Below are positions 41,849-56,258 of a DNA stretch of 64,000 nucleotides, in pieces (the first letter of the stretch is position 1; each line of letters starts with the position of its first letter). Under the pieces are notes generated by a model. The model was given only the letters and a program-made list of their open reading frames with translations. It was not told the origin of the DNA and did no database searches. Source of the DNA: Eledone cirrhosa. Lineage: Eukaryota. The stretch is from NCBI GenBank assembly GCA_964016885.1, contig OZ024742.1:316572001-316636000 (forward strand), written 5' to 3'. Position numbers and translations under genes: made by a program.

Positions 41849-42140
41849 TCGAAATATAACAAAGGAATATGTAAAAACCATGGATCCGAAAAATCAGAGA
41901 CAGAGAGGACGACTGACCAACTAGCTGCTTTCACCTCGGCCGGTCGCCCTCAAAGTGATGGCTACTCGGTCTGCTAATGACCATATATATATATATATAT
42001 ATATGATTATATATGAATGTATATATAGTGTATCTTGCAATACACTGTCTGATTAATTAAAAGAATTTTGAAGACCTTACGCTATTGTTTTAAAGTAGTG
42101 ACTATGTCACTTACTTCTTTTTTCAACAAACAAAGGGAGA

Positions 42141-42188
42141 TAAGCTGACAGATCTCTGTTTCATACTGTTGGTAATCCTCAGAGCTTA
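42141..42188 (-). ncRNA. Type I hammerhead of the ~318-bp family (element ~42005-42330)
   Basis: Reverse complement: taagct-CTGAGGA-t-tac-caaca-gta-t-GAAA-caga-ga-tctg-TC-agctta. Confidence 0.8.
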
Positions 42189-43067
42189 GCACTCCCTTTG
42201 ATTGTTGAAAATTATGAATTTTGGATTCTTATAGAATTCCAGTAATACTTTTTGCTGGCCCGGCAACCGCTCTGTATAATCAGTTCCTGATTATCACTGG
42301 AATTCTATAAGAATCCAGCATTCATAATATATGTAAATAAGATAAGACCGAAAGATAGTGCATTCAAATATCACACAGATAAAGATAGATAGATAGAGAT
42401 ACAGAGAGAGCGTGAGAGAGAGAGTGAAATGAGGTGTGACAGAAATTAAACATGAATTATAGGTTCAAATAAAGCCTAGTTAAATGAGAAACAAAGTGAT
42501 GATGTAGTTTATGGAAAACCCTGATGATTTACAATTCGACCCTAAAATGAAGCAATAACATTAAGAAAAGGTTTATAAATATTAATTTTCTGCAGGAGAG
42601 TGTAGTCTTCTAGGTGGAATAGTGGTGTGTGTTAGAGACGGTGAAGCTCCTTGTCTGGTGTTCAATCTTAGTCAGGAGATACAAGTAGGGTCCCTGATTA
42701 ATGATTTTCAATTTTCCTTTTAAATCTCCCAGAAAAAAGAAAGGAAATAAAATTAGTGAGAATCCCAATATGTGATTATTTTGTTTCATTTCATTTTATT
42801 TCATATTTCATATTTAAATTTGATATTTCAATACTTTATTATTGGCATGGCATTCTGTAGGTGTCCTGGTGGCTAAGCTGCAGCTGATATGGTGTAGTTA
42901 CATGTTTAGCAGAGATTGTAGATATCCTTTTATTTAATTATTATTTTAACAAACAATTGATATATACAACACCAATCATTGCAAGTTCAAATCTGACTGA
43001 CATGCTGTCATATATACGTAAAAATGATAGTAGATTCAAATATCACACACGCACACATACACGCAGG

Positions 43068-43107
<40 letters not shown>

Positions 43108-43415
43108 GAGAGAGAGATGAGGTGTGACAGAAATGAAACTGTCATTTTACATATCTTAGGAAAAACTGACAAATTTTAGTTTGAACCCCAATATGTATAT
43201 ATTTTATATTATTTCATTTGATTTTATTGGATTTCATTTTCTTTCACTTTGTTATATATTATTTTATATTTTATATTTAAATTCGATATTTTCATACTTT
43301 ATTATTGACATGACATTCTGTAGATGTCCAGGTGGCTCAGTTCGAGCGGATATGGTGTAGTTACAGGTTCAATGTTTAGAACAGATTATAGATATCCTTT
43401 TATATAATCATTATT

Positions 43416-43595
43416 TGGCAGTATCGGTAGAGGGTTGGACGCCATGCTTTATAGCATAGTTACGTCCCTTTACGGTCTGAGTTCAAATCCCGCCGAGGTT
43501 AACTTTGCCTTTCCTCCTTACGGGTTCGATAAAATAAAGTACCAGTAATGTACTGAGTAATTTCTGGCCTTGTGCCTAAAGTAGAAGCAATTATT
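43416..43595 (+). mobile_element. SINE copy
   Basis: Same core as 13273. Confidence 0.9.
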
Positions 43596-43912
43596 TTAAC
43601 AAACAAATGATATATATAGTGCCAATCATTGTAAGTTCGAATCTGACTGACATGCTGTCACATGTACGTAAAATTGATGAGCCCAAATGTTAGTAGATTC
43701 AAATATCACACGCGCACAGACAGGTAGAGATATAGGGAGAAAGAAATGTTTTTCAATTTAATTTTATTTTATATTTTATATCTAAATTTGATAATACTTT
43801 ACTATTGACATGACATTCTGTAGGTTTCTTAGTGGCTCAGTTGCAGCTAATGTGGTGTAGTTTCAGATTTAGCAGCGATTGTAGATATCCTTATATTTAA
43901 TTATTATTTTAT

Positions 43913-44243
43913 ACGGCCCTTGCCATTCTGAGTTCAAATCCCGCCGAGGTTAACTTTGCCTTTCATCCTTACGGGGTCGATAAAATAAAGTACCAGTAAT
44001 GCACTGGGTATTTGCTGGCCTTGTGCCAAAAGGAGAAACAATTATTTTAATAGTCACAGGGCGGGGGATTGGCAGTATCAGTAGAAGGTCGGACGCCATG
44101 CTTTCCAGCATAGTTACGTCCCTTTACGGTCTGAGTTCAAATCCCGCCAAGGTTAACTTTGCCTTTCATCCTTACGGGGTAGATAAAATAAAGTACCAGT
44201 AATGCACTGGGTAATTGCTGGCCTTGTGCCAAAAGTAGAAACA
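43913..44243 (+). mobile_element. Two adjacent SINE copies
   Basis: The second copy (44059-44243) is flanked by TSD ATTATTTTAATAGTCACA. Confidence 0.9.
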
Positions 44244-44383
44244 ATTATTTTAATAGTCACAAGATTATATAACTCCAATCATTGCAAAAACGAATCTAAC
44301 TGACATGCTGTCACATATATGTGAATAACATACAACCAAATGATTATAGATTCAAATATCACACACACATATATATATATATA

Positions 44384-44520
44384 GCGGAGGAAATGTGGTA
44401 AGGAACCAGATGGACCATAACGCACCAAAGTACTCGATACTTAGGGTAGTAGAGTGGGTAATAGAAACGAGTAGGACTCCGACGGCTGAGCTCAAGCCGT
44501 TTCGACGGCTAATTCTGGAC
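44384..44520 (-). mobile_element. pLTR-like 3' fragment with hammerhead 3' half (relative at 55745-55885)
   Basis: Reverse complement: GAAA-cggc-ttgagctca-gccg-TC-ggagtcc. Ends in (TA)n. Confidence 0.6.
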
Positions 44521-45304
44521 TAATTTTGAATATAAATTTTGAAAATAGATTTATGATTATTAATTTTCTTCACAGTTTCGTAGCAGTTTCAGTGGCCTAG
44601 CGGAGGAGATGTTGACCTCGGTTTCAACCCTTGCCAGGAAAAACTTGTAAGGTGTCCTATTAATCTTTTGTAATTTTCCTTTTACACCTCTTAGAAAAAA
44701 ACTGAGTTTAGTGAGAACCCAAATGTGTATTTATTTTATTTACTTAATTTAATCTTTTATATTTAAATTTGATATTTACAAGTTTACTCTAAAAAGGAGC
44801 AATGACATTAAGAAAGGCATAAACGACTCCGCACCAATTTGAATTTGATTTTGAAAGTAGATTTATAAATATTAATTTTCTGCATATTTGCGTAGCAGTC
44901 GTGGTGGCATAGTGAGATGTATCAAAGACGCTGAATATTCTAGTAGGGTTCAATCTTGGACAGGAAATATATTCCGGTTGTTCTGTTAATATATTTCACT
45001 TTTTCTTTTACATCTCTTAGAATGAAACTAGAAAATTTCTTTGAGAATCCCAATGTATATTTATTTTATTTTATTTCATTTATTTTATATTTCAGATTTT
45101 ATTTTATATTTTATGTTTAATATCGGTATTTTAATACTTCTGTAGATATCCTTTTATTTAATCATTATTTTAACAAACAAATGATTTATATATAACGTAT
45201 ATAATTGTAAGTTCCAATCTGACTGACATGCTGTCATATCTATGTAAATAAGATAAGACCAAATGATAGGAGATTCAAATATCACGCACGCACAGGCAGA
45301 TAGA

Positions 45305-45708
45305 TATATTTCTTTATTAGCCACAGGGGCACAAAAGAAGGGGACAAATACAAAGGGGGAAGTTTACATACAATAAAAACGTGTAAAATGTTATCACAAA
45401 TGGAATTTAAAAAGTTAGTCGATTTTCCCCAATAGAGGGAGACAGTTTATATGGGTAACACATACCCCCCCAAAAAAAATGTGCAACCCTCATCTCCAGG
45501 AGTACGAAGAGCTTGTACTCCCTTCCTCTCCTCCTCTTTTCCTCAACCTACAGGCTGATATAGAGAGAAGGCCCATTCACTCGGGCCATTCTCGCCACTT
45601 TCACCCACCTTTCATAAAACTTGCTGGGGTACAACACCTCTCTCTCCATCCTGATTCTTCTTCCAAAGTGGTATTTGAAAAAAAGAATCAGTTGTTGGCC
45701 GGAGAGAA
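45305..45708 (-). mobile_element. 3' end of an L1/Tx1-like LINE inserted in a (GATA)n tract
   Basis: ORF end LILFFKYHFGRRIRMERE..F.ERWVKVARM*, short 3' UTR with AATAAA, GATA repeats on both sides. Confidence 0.55.
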
Positions 45709-45822
45709 GATAGATAGATAGATAGATAGATAGAGAGATAGAGAGATAAAGAGAAAGTGAGAGCAAGTGAATTGAGTGGAAGAGAGAGCGAGAGAGAGAG
45801 GGGGGGGGAGATAGAGAGGGAG

Positions 45823-45908
<86 letters not shown>

Positions 45909-47394
45909 GAATTTGGACAGAAATGAGACATGAATTATAAGTTCAAATACAACCTTGGTAACGAAAAAACAAAGTGAGGATGTAGTGTATGGAAGACCCA
46001 GATGATTTACAAGTCGACCCTAAAAAGGAGCAGTAATATTAAGACTTGCATGAACGCCACCACATCCTTTTGGTTATAAATTTTGAAATAGATTTATAAT
46101 TAATAATTTTCCTCCAGGTTTTCGTTGCAGTCTCAGTAGCCTAGCGGGAACTGACATCGACGGAGGAGATGTTGACTGGGTTTCAACACTTGTCAGAAAA
46201 TACTTGTAAGGTGTCCTATTAATCTTTCACTAAACTGAAAGAGTTTAGTGAGAACATCAAATGTGTATTTATTTTATTTGCTTAATTTAATCTAATTTAA
46301 TATTTTATATTTAAATTTGATATTTACAAGTCTACTCTAAAAAGGAGCAATGACATTAAGTAAGGCATGAATGACACTGCATCGTTTTGGATTTGATTTT
46401 GAAAGTAGATTTATAAATATTAATTTTCTGTATAATTACATGGCAGTCGTGGTGGCATAGTGGGATGTATCAGAGACGCTGGATACCCTAGTAGGGATTC
46501 AATCCTGTCCAGGAAGTACATTTAGGTGATTCTATAATTTTTTTTTTCACTTTTCTTTTACATCTCTAAGAATGAAACTACAAAATTCAGTGAGAATCCA
46601 ATGTATATTTATTTTATTTATTTATTTTATTTTATGTCATTTATTTATTATATTTTATTTTATATTTCAGATTATTTTATATTTCAGATTTTATTTTATA
46701 TTTTATATTTTATATTTAATATCGGTATTTTAATACTTCTGTAGATATGCTTTTATTTAATTATTATTATAACAAACAAATGATTTATATAAAACGTATA
46801 TCATAAGTTCTAATCTGACTGACATGCCTCATATCTATGTAAATAAGATAAGAGCAAATGATAGTAGATTCAAATATCACACACGCACACACAGGCAGAT
46901 AGATAGATAGAGAGAAGGGAATGATATTTGACAGAAGCGACATGAATTATATGTTCAATTACAGTCTTGGTAAACGAAAAAACAATGTGAGGATGTAGTT
47001 TATGGAAGGCCCAGATGATTTACAAGTCGCTCCTAAAAATGTTCGCAATAGTCTCAGTGGCCTAGCGGGAACTAATCTTGACGGTGGAGACGTTGACGTG
47101 GGTTTCAATCCGTGTCAGGAAAAACATATAAAGTGTCCTATTAATCTTTTTCAATTTTCCTTTTACAGCTCTCAGAAAAAAAAACTGAAGGAGTTTAGTG
47201 AGAAGCCAAATGAGTATTTATTTAATTCATTTCATTTACTTAATTTAATTCAATTTTATATTTTATATTTAAATTTGATATTTACAAGTCTACCCTAAAA
47301 ACGAGCAATGACGTTAAGAAAGGCATGAACGATACCACATCTCTTTGGATTTGATTTTGAAGGTAGATGTCTACAAATTAATTTTCCGTATAAT

Positions 47395-47526
47395 TAATTG
47401 TTTCTACTATTGGCACAAGGCCAGAAAATTACCCAGTACATTACTGGTACTTTATTTTATCGACCCCGTAAGGATGAAAGGCAAAGTTAACCTCGGCGGG
47501 ATTTGAACTCAGAATGGCAAGGGCCA
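47395..47526 (-). mobile_element. SINE copy
   Basis: Reverse complement of the SINE core. Confidence 0.9.
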
Positions 47527-48016
47527 TTAATGGCGGTCGTGGTGGCATAAAGAGATGTATCGGAGACGTTGGATAACCTAGTAGGTCTTCAATCCTGGCC
47601 AAGAAATACATTTCGTTTGTTCTATAAATTATTTTCACTTTTCCTTTTACATCTCTTAGAATGAAATTAGAAAATTTCACTGAGAATCCCAATGTGAATT
47701 TATTTTATTTTATTCTATTTATTTTATTATATTTTATTTTATAGTTCAGATTTTATTTTATATTTTATATTTAATATTGGTATTTTAATACTTCTAGGGC
47801 TATCCTTTTATTTAATTATTATTTTAACAGACAAATGATTTATATATAACGTAAATCATTGTAAGTTCTAATCTGACTGACATGAATCATATATATGTGA
47901 ATAAGATAAGACCAAATGATAGTAGATTCAAATATCAGAAAAGTACACACAGACAGATAGGGAAGGAGGGAGAGAAGGAGTGAGAGAGAGGGTGAGAGCG
48001 AGAAAGAGAGAGAGAG

Positions 48017-48061
<45 letters not shown>

Positions 48062-48780
48062 TAAGGTGTAACAGAAATGAAACATGAATTATAGGTTCAA
48101 ATAAAGCCTAGGTAAATGAGAAACTAAGTGAAGATATAGTTTATGGAAGAACCAGATGCTTCGCAAGTCGACCCTAAAAGGAGCAACAAGATTAAGAAAG
48201 GCATGGACAACGCCACATCATTTTGGATTTTGATTTTGAAAGTAGGTCTATAAATATTAATTTTCAGCATACTTTCCTAGTCGTCTACGTGGCATTGTGG
48301 CATTTTTGTATTACCATTGTGAAAGTAGGTTTTTAAATATTTTAATTTTCAGTAGGAGTTTGTAGTCGTGTCGTTGGCGTAGTTGGAGGTGTTGGAGACG
48401 ATGGAGGTCCTGTTCGGTATTCAATCCTGTTTAGAAGATACATGTGGTGTCCTATTAATCTTTTTCAATTTTCCTTTTATATCTCTTAAAAGAAACTGAA
48501 AAAGTTTAGTGAGAACCCCAATATCTATTTATTTAATTTATTTTATTTAATTTAATCTAATTTTATTTCATTCTATCTTATATTTAATGTTTAAATTCGA
48601 TATTTTAATACTTTATGTATTATAATATCAAATTTGTTTAATGTATTATCAAATATTACACACACACACACGCGCGCACGCGCACACACACACAGAGGGA
48701 GAGAGATTAAAATGAGGTGTGACACGTGTGCTCTCATACCCACCACACATATTAACACAGACACAGACACACACACACAC

Positions 48781-48914
<134 letters not shown>

Positions 48915-49680
48915 CATACATATATATATGTATATACATATATATACATATATATATATGTATATATTGCTAAACCTTGATTATATATGTTCTGACTCGT
49001 TAATTTATTAACCTGCCATAGAACCACGTTGTCATATGGTTGGATAATACATGTGTACCTATATGTATTTTGCATGTAGGGATATATACTTTATTATTAT
49101 TAATCTCCCCTAGTCGAGATAACATTTTGGTCGTTTGACTGTTGCTATTTCTAGTGGCAGTGGATTGACCTTTCCGCCTCTGCCTTCTATCTTTGCACAC
49201 GGCACTGGACAGAATTGCTTCTATATCATTCACTCTCATCTCGGGAACAATTTTGAATAGCGCCAGTTCGTAATTTGAACTCGGGAATTTTATATTCTCC
49301 GAGTGAAAAGAACCTTCTGACGAGAGTCTTTCTTTTCAATGGATGTCTGTAAGGACTATCCTTTTATTTTTGAGACTTGAAACCGTACGGTAAAGGTAAC
49401 TAGAGCAGGCACAGTGAATTTTTTATATACTTTCCTTATGCACATTAACGGCTGAGCAGCCTAATTTAAATATCGAGTGAGTTAATCGGCCGGGGTACCG
49501 AAAACGATAAACGGAAAAAATGAAACGGCTTAATTCGGGATGTTTGTTCACAAACACACCGAGCATTATAATAAATGTTCGATGAATCCATACGTACATA
49601 TATATATGTGTGCATGTATGTATATATATATATACATACTACTGTACGTCTGTATACATATATGTATGTACTTATACATA

Positions 49681-49764
<84 letters not shown>

Positions 49765-49954
49765 GATGTGGGTACAAATGAAAGAAAATCTAATCCTCAA
49801 AACAAAATGTGAAAGGTGAGTATTGCTATTAACCCTGCACTACCTCCTTTTAATGACGAAATGTCTAGATCATCAGGTGCATTTGAGAAAATTAGAAAAA
49901 CTGATGGGGGTATATTTCTTGTTGACATGCTGCGTAAGGCTCCCAATGTGTGTG

Positions 49955-50020
<66 letters not shown>

Positions 50021-50025
50021 CGTGC

Positions 50026-50106
<81 letters not shown>

Positions 50107-53100
50107 TGTCTGTGTGTGTCTGTGTGTGCGTGCATGTGTGTATGTGAATGTGCCCGGCCAGTTGTGAAAGTGCAAAACATACAGCTTATCTAAGATCAAT
50201 TACAGTTTTTTTTAATCGTCTAATCAAATATCTCTTACAGCATTGTGTGAGTGTTTCTGACTAACGGAATTAATATTACAATGAGATATGAGAAGACGTC
50301 ATACTTTCGTTTCACACTTATATTCAAACGTGTAAAGCTATTAATAACATATATGTAGAATAAGTGATAATACCAGTCTGTGTAACACACTCACTTTCAC
50401 ATGAATTCACGCGCGTACATAAATAAAAACACACACACATACGCTTCAGCGTTCAAAAGCACGCATGCGCACACAGTCACATTCATACACACATCAACAC
50501 AGAGTTGCATAAATTCTTAAACGCACACGGAAATAGTTACACTCACGGGCACAGACATATAAGCACAATGACATATACATAACAACTCTCAAACGGACAC
50601 ATTTACAAACGAACACTCACACACGCATATATATATCTACTCACATATAGGGTTGTACGTTTTCTATATGTGTAGTTATGCTGTTGTGTTAGTTCTTATA
50701 AGTTTTAGTGGTTGTATGAAGGTGTGCCAGTGTTTGTGTGTGGTTTGACGTCTGTATAGATATATGTGTGTATGTATGTATGTGAATATTAGACATTTCA
50801 CTAATCAATATAATGTTCACCCATGGCAGGAATGTGTCGGCTAATTCTGGTTTGTTGCTTCCTTAATTTTCTCTCTTTTTGTCTGTTGTTAATAATTTAT
50901 ATATTCATTGTATACTAGTAACAAACATATGTCCTTCATACTGACCTAAAAGTCTAAGGCCTAGACCTCTTGGCACTTCTCGCTATCACTAGCTATAAAT
51001 AGACTTAAATTATATCTCTGAACAATTTAGTCACTGAAGCCGTGTTTGCGAATAAAATATGTTCTGTGTCTGTTGTTTATTCTTCCTCATTATAATGGTG
51101 CTTGTATGAATAATTGCTATGATTATAGACAACGTTAATAAAGAATTTTATCCGACACTCTACTAATTCCGCTTATCCACCTCCATGGACGAACCCACAA
51201 ATATTGAGAAAAATCAATTTATATATTCGCGACAAAACTCCCAAGACTTTTCTGATCCGGAACAGTAGCACTGTTAAATATCTTGACTCTGTATAATGTC
51301 CTTGATTTGGCAGAAGTGATTCAGTACTATATCATGCAGATGAGCAAGTAACTTGCTAATTGAAGGTAGACACTGGAACTAGGTGGCTTGTACTTTGTGG
51401 GACCAATGGAAGGGGAACTACGAGTGCTATAAGGCTAGTCTGTTGTACGACTGGAAAGAAGCTATAGATAGTTTGGAAAAACAGCTTTTTAAGACAAGTT
51501 GTTAAAAATGTCAGGCTGGCAGCGCGCCAGGTACGTTTAAAGGTAGCGTGACTATAAAAAAAAATTCAATCACCTTCTTTTAACCTTTTTAATAATTGTT
51601 TCTCATTTAGGCAATTTAAGAAGAGGGGGAAAATCGATTATATCGATCAGGTTTGCCAATCCGAAACAGATGGGATTAAGGTGGTGTACGACAAGGTGTA
51701 GATTTTAGGCTAAAGAAAGAAATTAGGATAAATGTCTCCCTGAGCTACAAGGTATTACAAGGCATTACTTTAGTTACCAAGGAAAGTCGTTTGGGTGTTG
51801 ATCAAATGATTAGCAGTATTTGTACCGGGTATTCACTTTTCGAGTTCAAATTCCACCAAGGTCAACTTTGCACCGAGTCCAACACAATAATGTGTCATGG
51901 GTTCAATATAATCGTCTTTCTCTTTTCGTCAAAATTGCTGGCCTTGTACCTAAACTAGAACTCATTATTAGATATTGTATTGACTCTCTCACACAGATGC
52001 GTATAAAATACACAACATTAAATGTCTCGTAATTCTATACTTTAGCAATAAGTCCGTTTTGGCCAAACATTTTTCATTAAAAATACATCAGAAAATAAAA
52101 GTTAGTAATGATTTTATGAAGTTTAGACGTTAAATAACAGGGATTATGAAAGTTTAATGAATTATAGCTTTACAATTAATTTTCTTTCAACATCATTAAT
52201 TTAAGAGAAAAAAGTTAACTTAGCTTCTCACACCTCGTCGTATTATTGCTTTATATCATCGGCACAAGGCCCCCCCATTTCAGACAACGACATAGTCGAT
52301 AAACAGTACTTGTCTGGTAAAATATTTTATTGATTTCGTTTTGTAGAAATGCAAAGTTAAAGGACAAAAATTAAAAAGAAACCCAGAGACTTGGACAAAC
52401 ACTCACGGATACATACACACATGGACATACACATACACGGACATGAAAATATAAACAAATAAGCATATTCAAAATTATATTAATTTCAAAATTATATTAG
52501 TTTCAAAATATCAGTGGCGTTAGGTTTTATACCTAAATAAAGACTGACTGAGCGCCACTGATAATGCCTTAATGACCCCGAAATACCAATATTTGGAGTT
52601 ATAACACAGTTATTAAACAAGCTGTGGTGTGATAGCTTGAAATACTCACAGTGAGCTTATTGTATATGCACTTACATGCTTCTAATCTGAATCATACTGT
52701 GTTAGTGCTAGTAGAATTGATACTATCCCGTTACACCCACACAGTGTACCAATAAATATCACAAACAATGAGCAAAGTCAATATATAAGACGCATTTTCT
52801 TTTATATCCCAGTGACGATTGTGTGATCGTCACTGATGAGGAGTTAACGATACTGAAATACTAATATATTGCGTTCTAATATATTGACTGGGGTACTTGT
52901 TTCTCCAAAGCTTCCACAAGACAGCAAATCGAGGCTATAGTAACACCACTTGGAACTGAACATGAAAAGGCGTGGTTGCGTAGGGAAGTTTTTAATCACA
53001 AAACCATACTTGCACCGAGTGCATTTCATTCACTGCTCTACCAACCAAGTTTTCTTTTCTATTTTCTTTCTATTTTTTCCTATTCTAGTCATATCATTTA

Positions 53101-53209
53101 TTTTTCACTATTATCGCCTGCCTTTTCTTACCCTTTCTACGATGTTTTTTCTGTTTTTTTATTGTCTGTTAAATACCTCTGCGGCACTATTGTTGAATTG
53201 TTATCATGT

Positions 53210-53264
<55 letters not shown>

Positions 53265-53385
53265 CACTACACGTAAAGCTGATAATAAAAAAAATATATA
53301 ATTTTATTTATTTGCTCTACGGGTTTTATTTATATATTTATATATAATCCTTATCGAGCACTCTTCGGATTTTAGTCTTCACATA

Positions 53386-53490
53386 ATCCCGCCGAGGTTA
53401 ACTTTGCCTTTCATCTTTACGGGGTCGATAAAGTAACGTACCAGTAATACACTGGATAATTGCTGGCCTTGTGCCAAAAGTAGAAACAAT
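53386..53490 (+). mobile_element. Truncated SINE copy
   Basis: SINE core and tail. Confidence 0.85.
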
Positions 53491-53540
53491 TATTACTATT
53501 GTTATTACTATCATTTTATTTATTCATATATGTATGAATG

Positions 53541-53580
<40 letters not shown>

Positions 53581-53711
53581 CCATGTCATGGGCCACTAGC
53601 TCTTGGTGGGGTCGTAGGGTGAAGTAGCAATATATGCTTGCCATTTAAATCGAATGAAGCAATTCTATTCTGAAGTTACTTCCATATGATAAATAAGTTA
53701 ACAGCAAAAAC

Positions 53712-53781
<70 letters not shown>

Positions 53782-53823
53782 TATATATATACATGGATAT
53801 ACATAAACAAAACCCTATCTACC

Positions 53824-53859
<36 letters not shown>

Positions 53860-54081
53860 TATATATATACATGGATATACATAAACAAAACCCTATCTAC
53901 CTTCATATATATATATATATATATATGAAGGTAGATAGGGTTTTGTTTATGTATATCCAATGAATGTTTAAACACAGAAACATATGTCAAAGCAAATAAA
54001 TCCATAATCTCTTCACGCCGACGTCTTATTTTTCTTGGTGCAATACTTGCTTATACATATATATATATATATATAAATATG

Positions 54082-54113
<32 letters not shown>

Positions 54114-54136
54114 AATATATACACATATATATAGTA

Positions 54137-54234
54137 ATAATTGTTTCGACTTTAGGCACAAGGCCAGCAAATATCCAGTACATTACTGGTACTTTATTTT
54201 ATCGACCCCGTAAGGATGAAAGGCAAAGTTAACC
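54137..54234 (-). mobile_element. Truncated SINE copy
   Basis: Reverse complement of the SINE core and tail. Confidence 0.85.
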
Positions 54235-54327
54235 TATATATAGTAATAATAATACATTTGAAGACTAAAGTTCAAAGAGGGCTCGAAAAAGATAGATGTA
54301 TATCAAATATATAAGAACCGTAGAGCA

Positions 54328-54473
54328 AATATTTATTAAAATAACAGATTAAAGTTTAAGCAAAGAATCGCTGCTTTCACCCTTAACGGAGTCTTCTGAA
54401 ACTCAGAGTTTCAGAACGTCCCGTTAAGGGTGAAAGCAGCGATTCTTTGCTTAAACTTTAATCTGTTATTTCA

Positions 54474-54482
<9 letters not shown>
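54328..54482. repeat. Near-perfect ~155-bp palindrome in a pLTR-like repeat
   Basis: ...GCTGCTTTCACCCTTAACGG..TTCTGAAACTC-A-GAGTTTCAGAA..CCGTTAAGGGTGAAAGCAGC... Confidence 0.9.
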
Positions 54483-54516
<34 letters not shown>

Positions 54517-55899
54517 AACACACACAAACACACACATATATGTATATATATGATCTGTTTGCTGTTGATATATGATCACAGGTCTTGAGTGAGATGCAAC
54601 CTTGGCAATATCATTCAGGTTCACCGTATGTAAATAGAACAGTTTTTGCTATTCTACTGAAGAAAGAAATATCGGGAACTGCCCAGGAAAGTAAAAACCA
54701 TTGAATTTCTATTGCTAAGATGAGTTTTAATGTCAGTGTCAACGTGTGTTTGTGTGTGCAGCCAATGAACTGTATGTTTAAATGCGTGCTTTGGTGAACA
54801 TCATTGGTTAGGAATGTATAAATAAGTCTGTATGTATGTGTGTCTTTGTTGCTGTTCGAGCGTGTGAGCGATCTTCAGTGAGTTTGTGTATGTCTTTTAT
54901 TTATATTTATCTATATATTTCTGAATATTGATTGCTTCGTTCGGATCATTAACCGTTAAGAATAGAAAAAAAAAATAGGTCAACACACGAATATCTTTTC
55001 AGTGGAAGATAAATTTAAGCTATTCACAAATGAACCTGAGATACTCTCTAATGTTTGATTTTCTTTTTAAGCCGATAGAGTGAAATTTGAAGATATATCC
55101 GACTGTTATGTCTCTCAGACCGAGTAACCCCGTAATTTAATCTTTCAGTGACGAACCTCGAAAAAACATCCTGAAATGAAAGCTTAAATGATTAAGAGTA
55201 AACCAGTAATTGTATATACATTGCATTACTATACCTTTGAAAACATATTTCTAAAGTAGAGATGCAATGCCATGCCCTCATATACATTTGCAATTCACCC
55301 TTGGTAAAAAAGACTTCGGACATATTAGGCTTCAACACTGGTCATTCGATGGTATTTTGTGATTAGAAGAACTCAGATCAAAGAGAAAAATATTTTAAAA
55401 GTACTAAAGAGAATTAAATATATTGACAAAGAGTTTCCATCATTAGAATGCCTGCTTCAAGAAATGCAGTGGAAATATTAGGTACCTGAGACTTTATTCA
55501 TTGGCATGCCGTTCGTGAGACTCTGATAGACCCGTGTTATAACTAGGGAAGATATATATATCTCATTCATTCAGCACTGTAGCACGTAATAACCTAGCTA
55601 ACATTATGAGTAAAGGAAAACTTTACTAATATTAAATTAAAAGTCGAATGAAATATATATATAAAATAAACACGTGTATATGTATTTATTTTACATATAT
55701 ATATGTCATTCGACTTTTAATTTAATGTTAATATATATATATATGAGAGGGTGTGGTAAGATACCAGGTGGACCATAACTCACCAGAGTGCTTGTTACTT
55801 GGGGTAGTAGAGTGGGTAATATGAACGGATTTAGGACCCCGACGGATCCAGCTGTCGAAACGGCCGGAGCTCAGCCATCGGCTGCATATATTCATGTAT

Positions 55900-56258
55900 A
55901 TATGCAGGAATGAATGGACACTTATTGGTTTCGACGACGAACATTCCAGTTGTTTGATCAACGGTACAACCTGCTCATGAAATGAACGTCAAGGTTGCCG
56001 AGCATTTCTTACAGGCGTATACAATTTACGCAATTCCAAGGGGAGGTTCAGTGTGGCATAATGTGTGCCAAAGCTGGCCTTTTTAATTAGAGGTTTAGTC
56101 CATCTGACGGGCTTCTATTTATTCGGTTTCACTCATAAGGCATGGGTTTACTCGCCACTCCGGTAAATGACATTGCCCAAGATGTTACGCGGCGGAATCG
56201 AACCCGGGACCTGATGATTGCGAAGCGAACTTCTTGAACCAATCGGCCATGCTGCGTT
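55900..56258 (-). mobile_element. Old tRNA-headed SINE
   Basis: Reverse complement: GCATGGCCGATTGG...CCGGGTTCGATTCC...TTGGGCAA. Confidence 0.6.

Larger units (their letters stand above)
42335..48730 (+). repeat. Diverged complex tandem array carrying degenerate tRNA-like units
   Basis: Recurrent blocks TTCAAATATCACAC (~42363, 43036, 43698, 44351, 45274, 46870, 47927) and GACATGCTGTC. ~70-nt A-box/B-box units ending CAGGAA. Confidence 0.8.

Noticed and set aside
49765-49945. Possible small exon (CAG...AG|GTGAGT)
   Set aside because: No polypyrimidine tract, no partner exons, no recognisable peptide.
54405-54445. CAGAA(G)A..GGGT-GAAA as a hammerhead
   Set aside because: No CUGA core and no NUH site or stem III.
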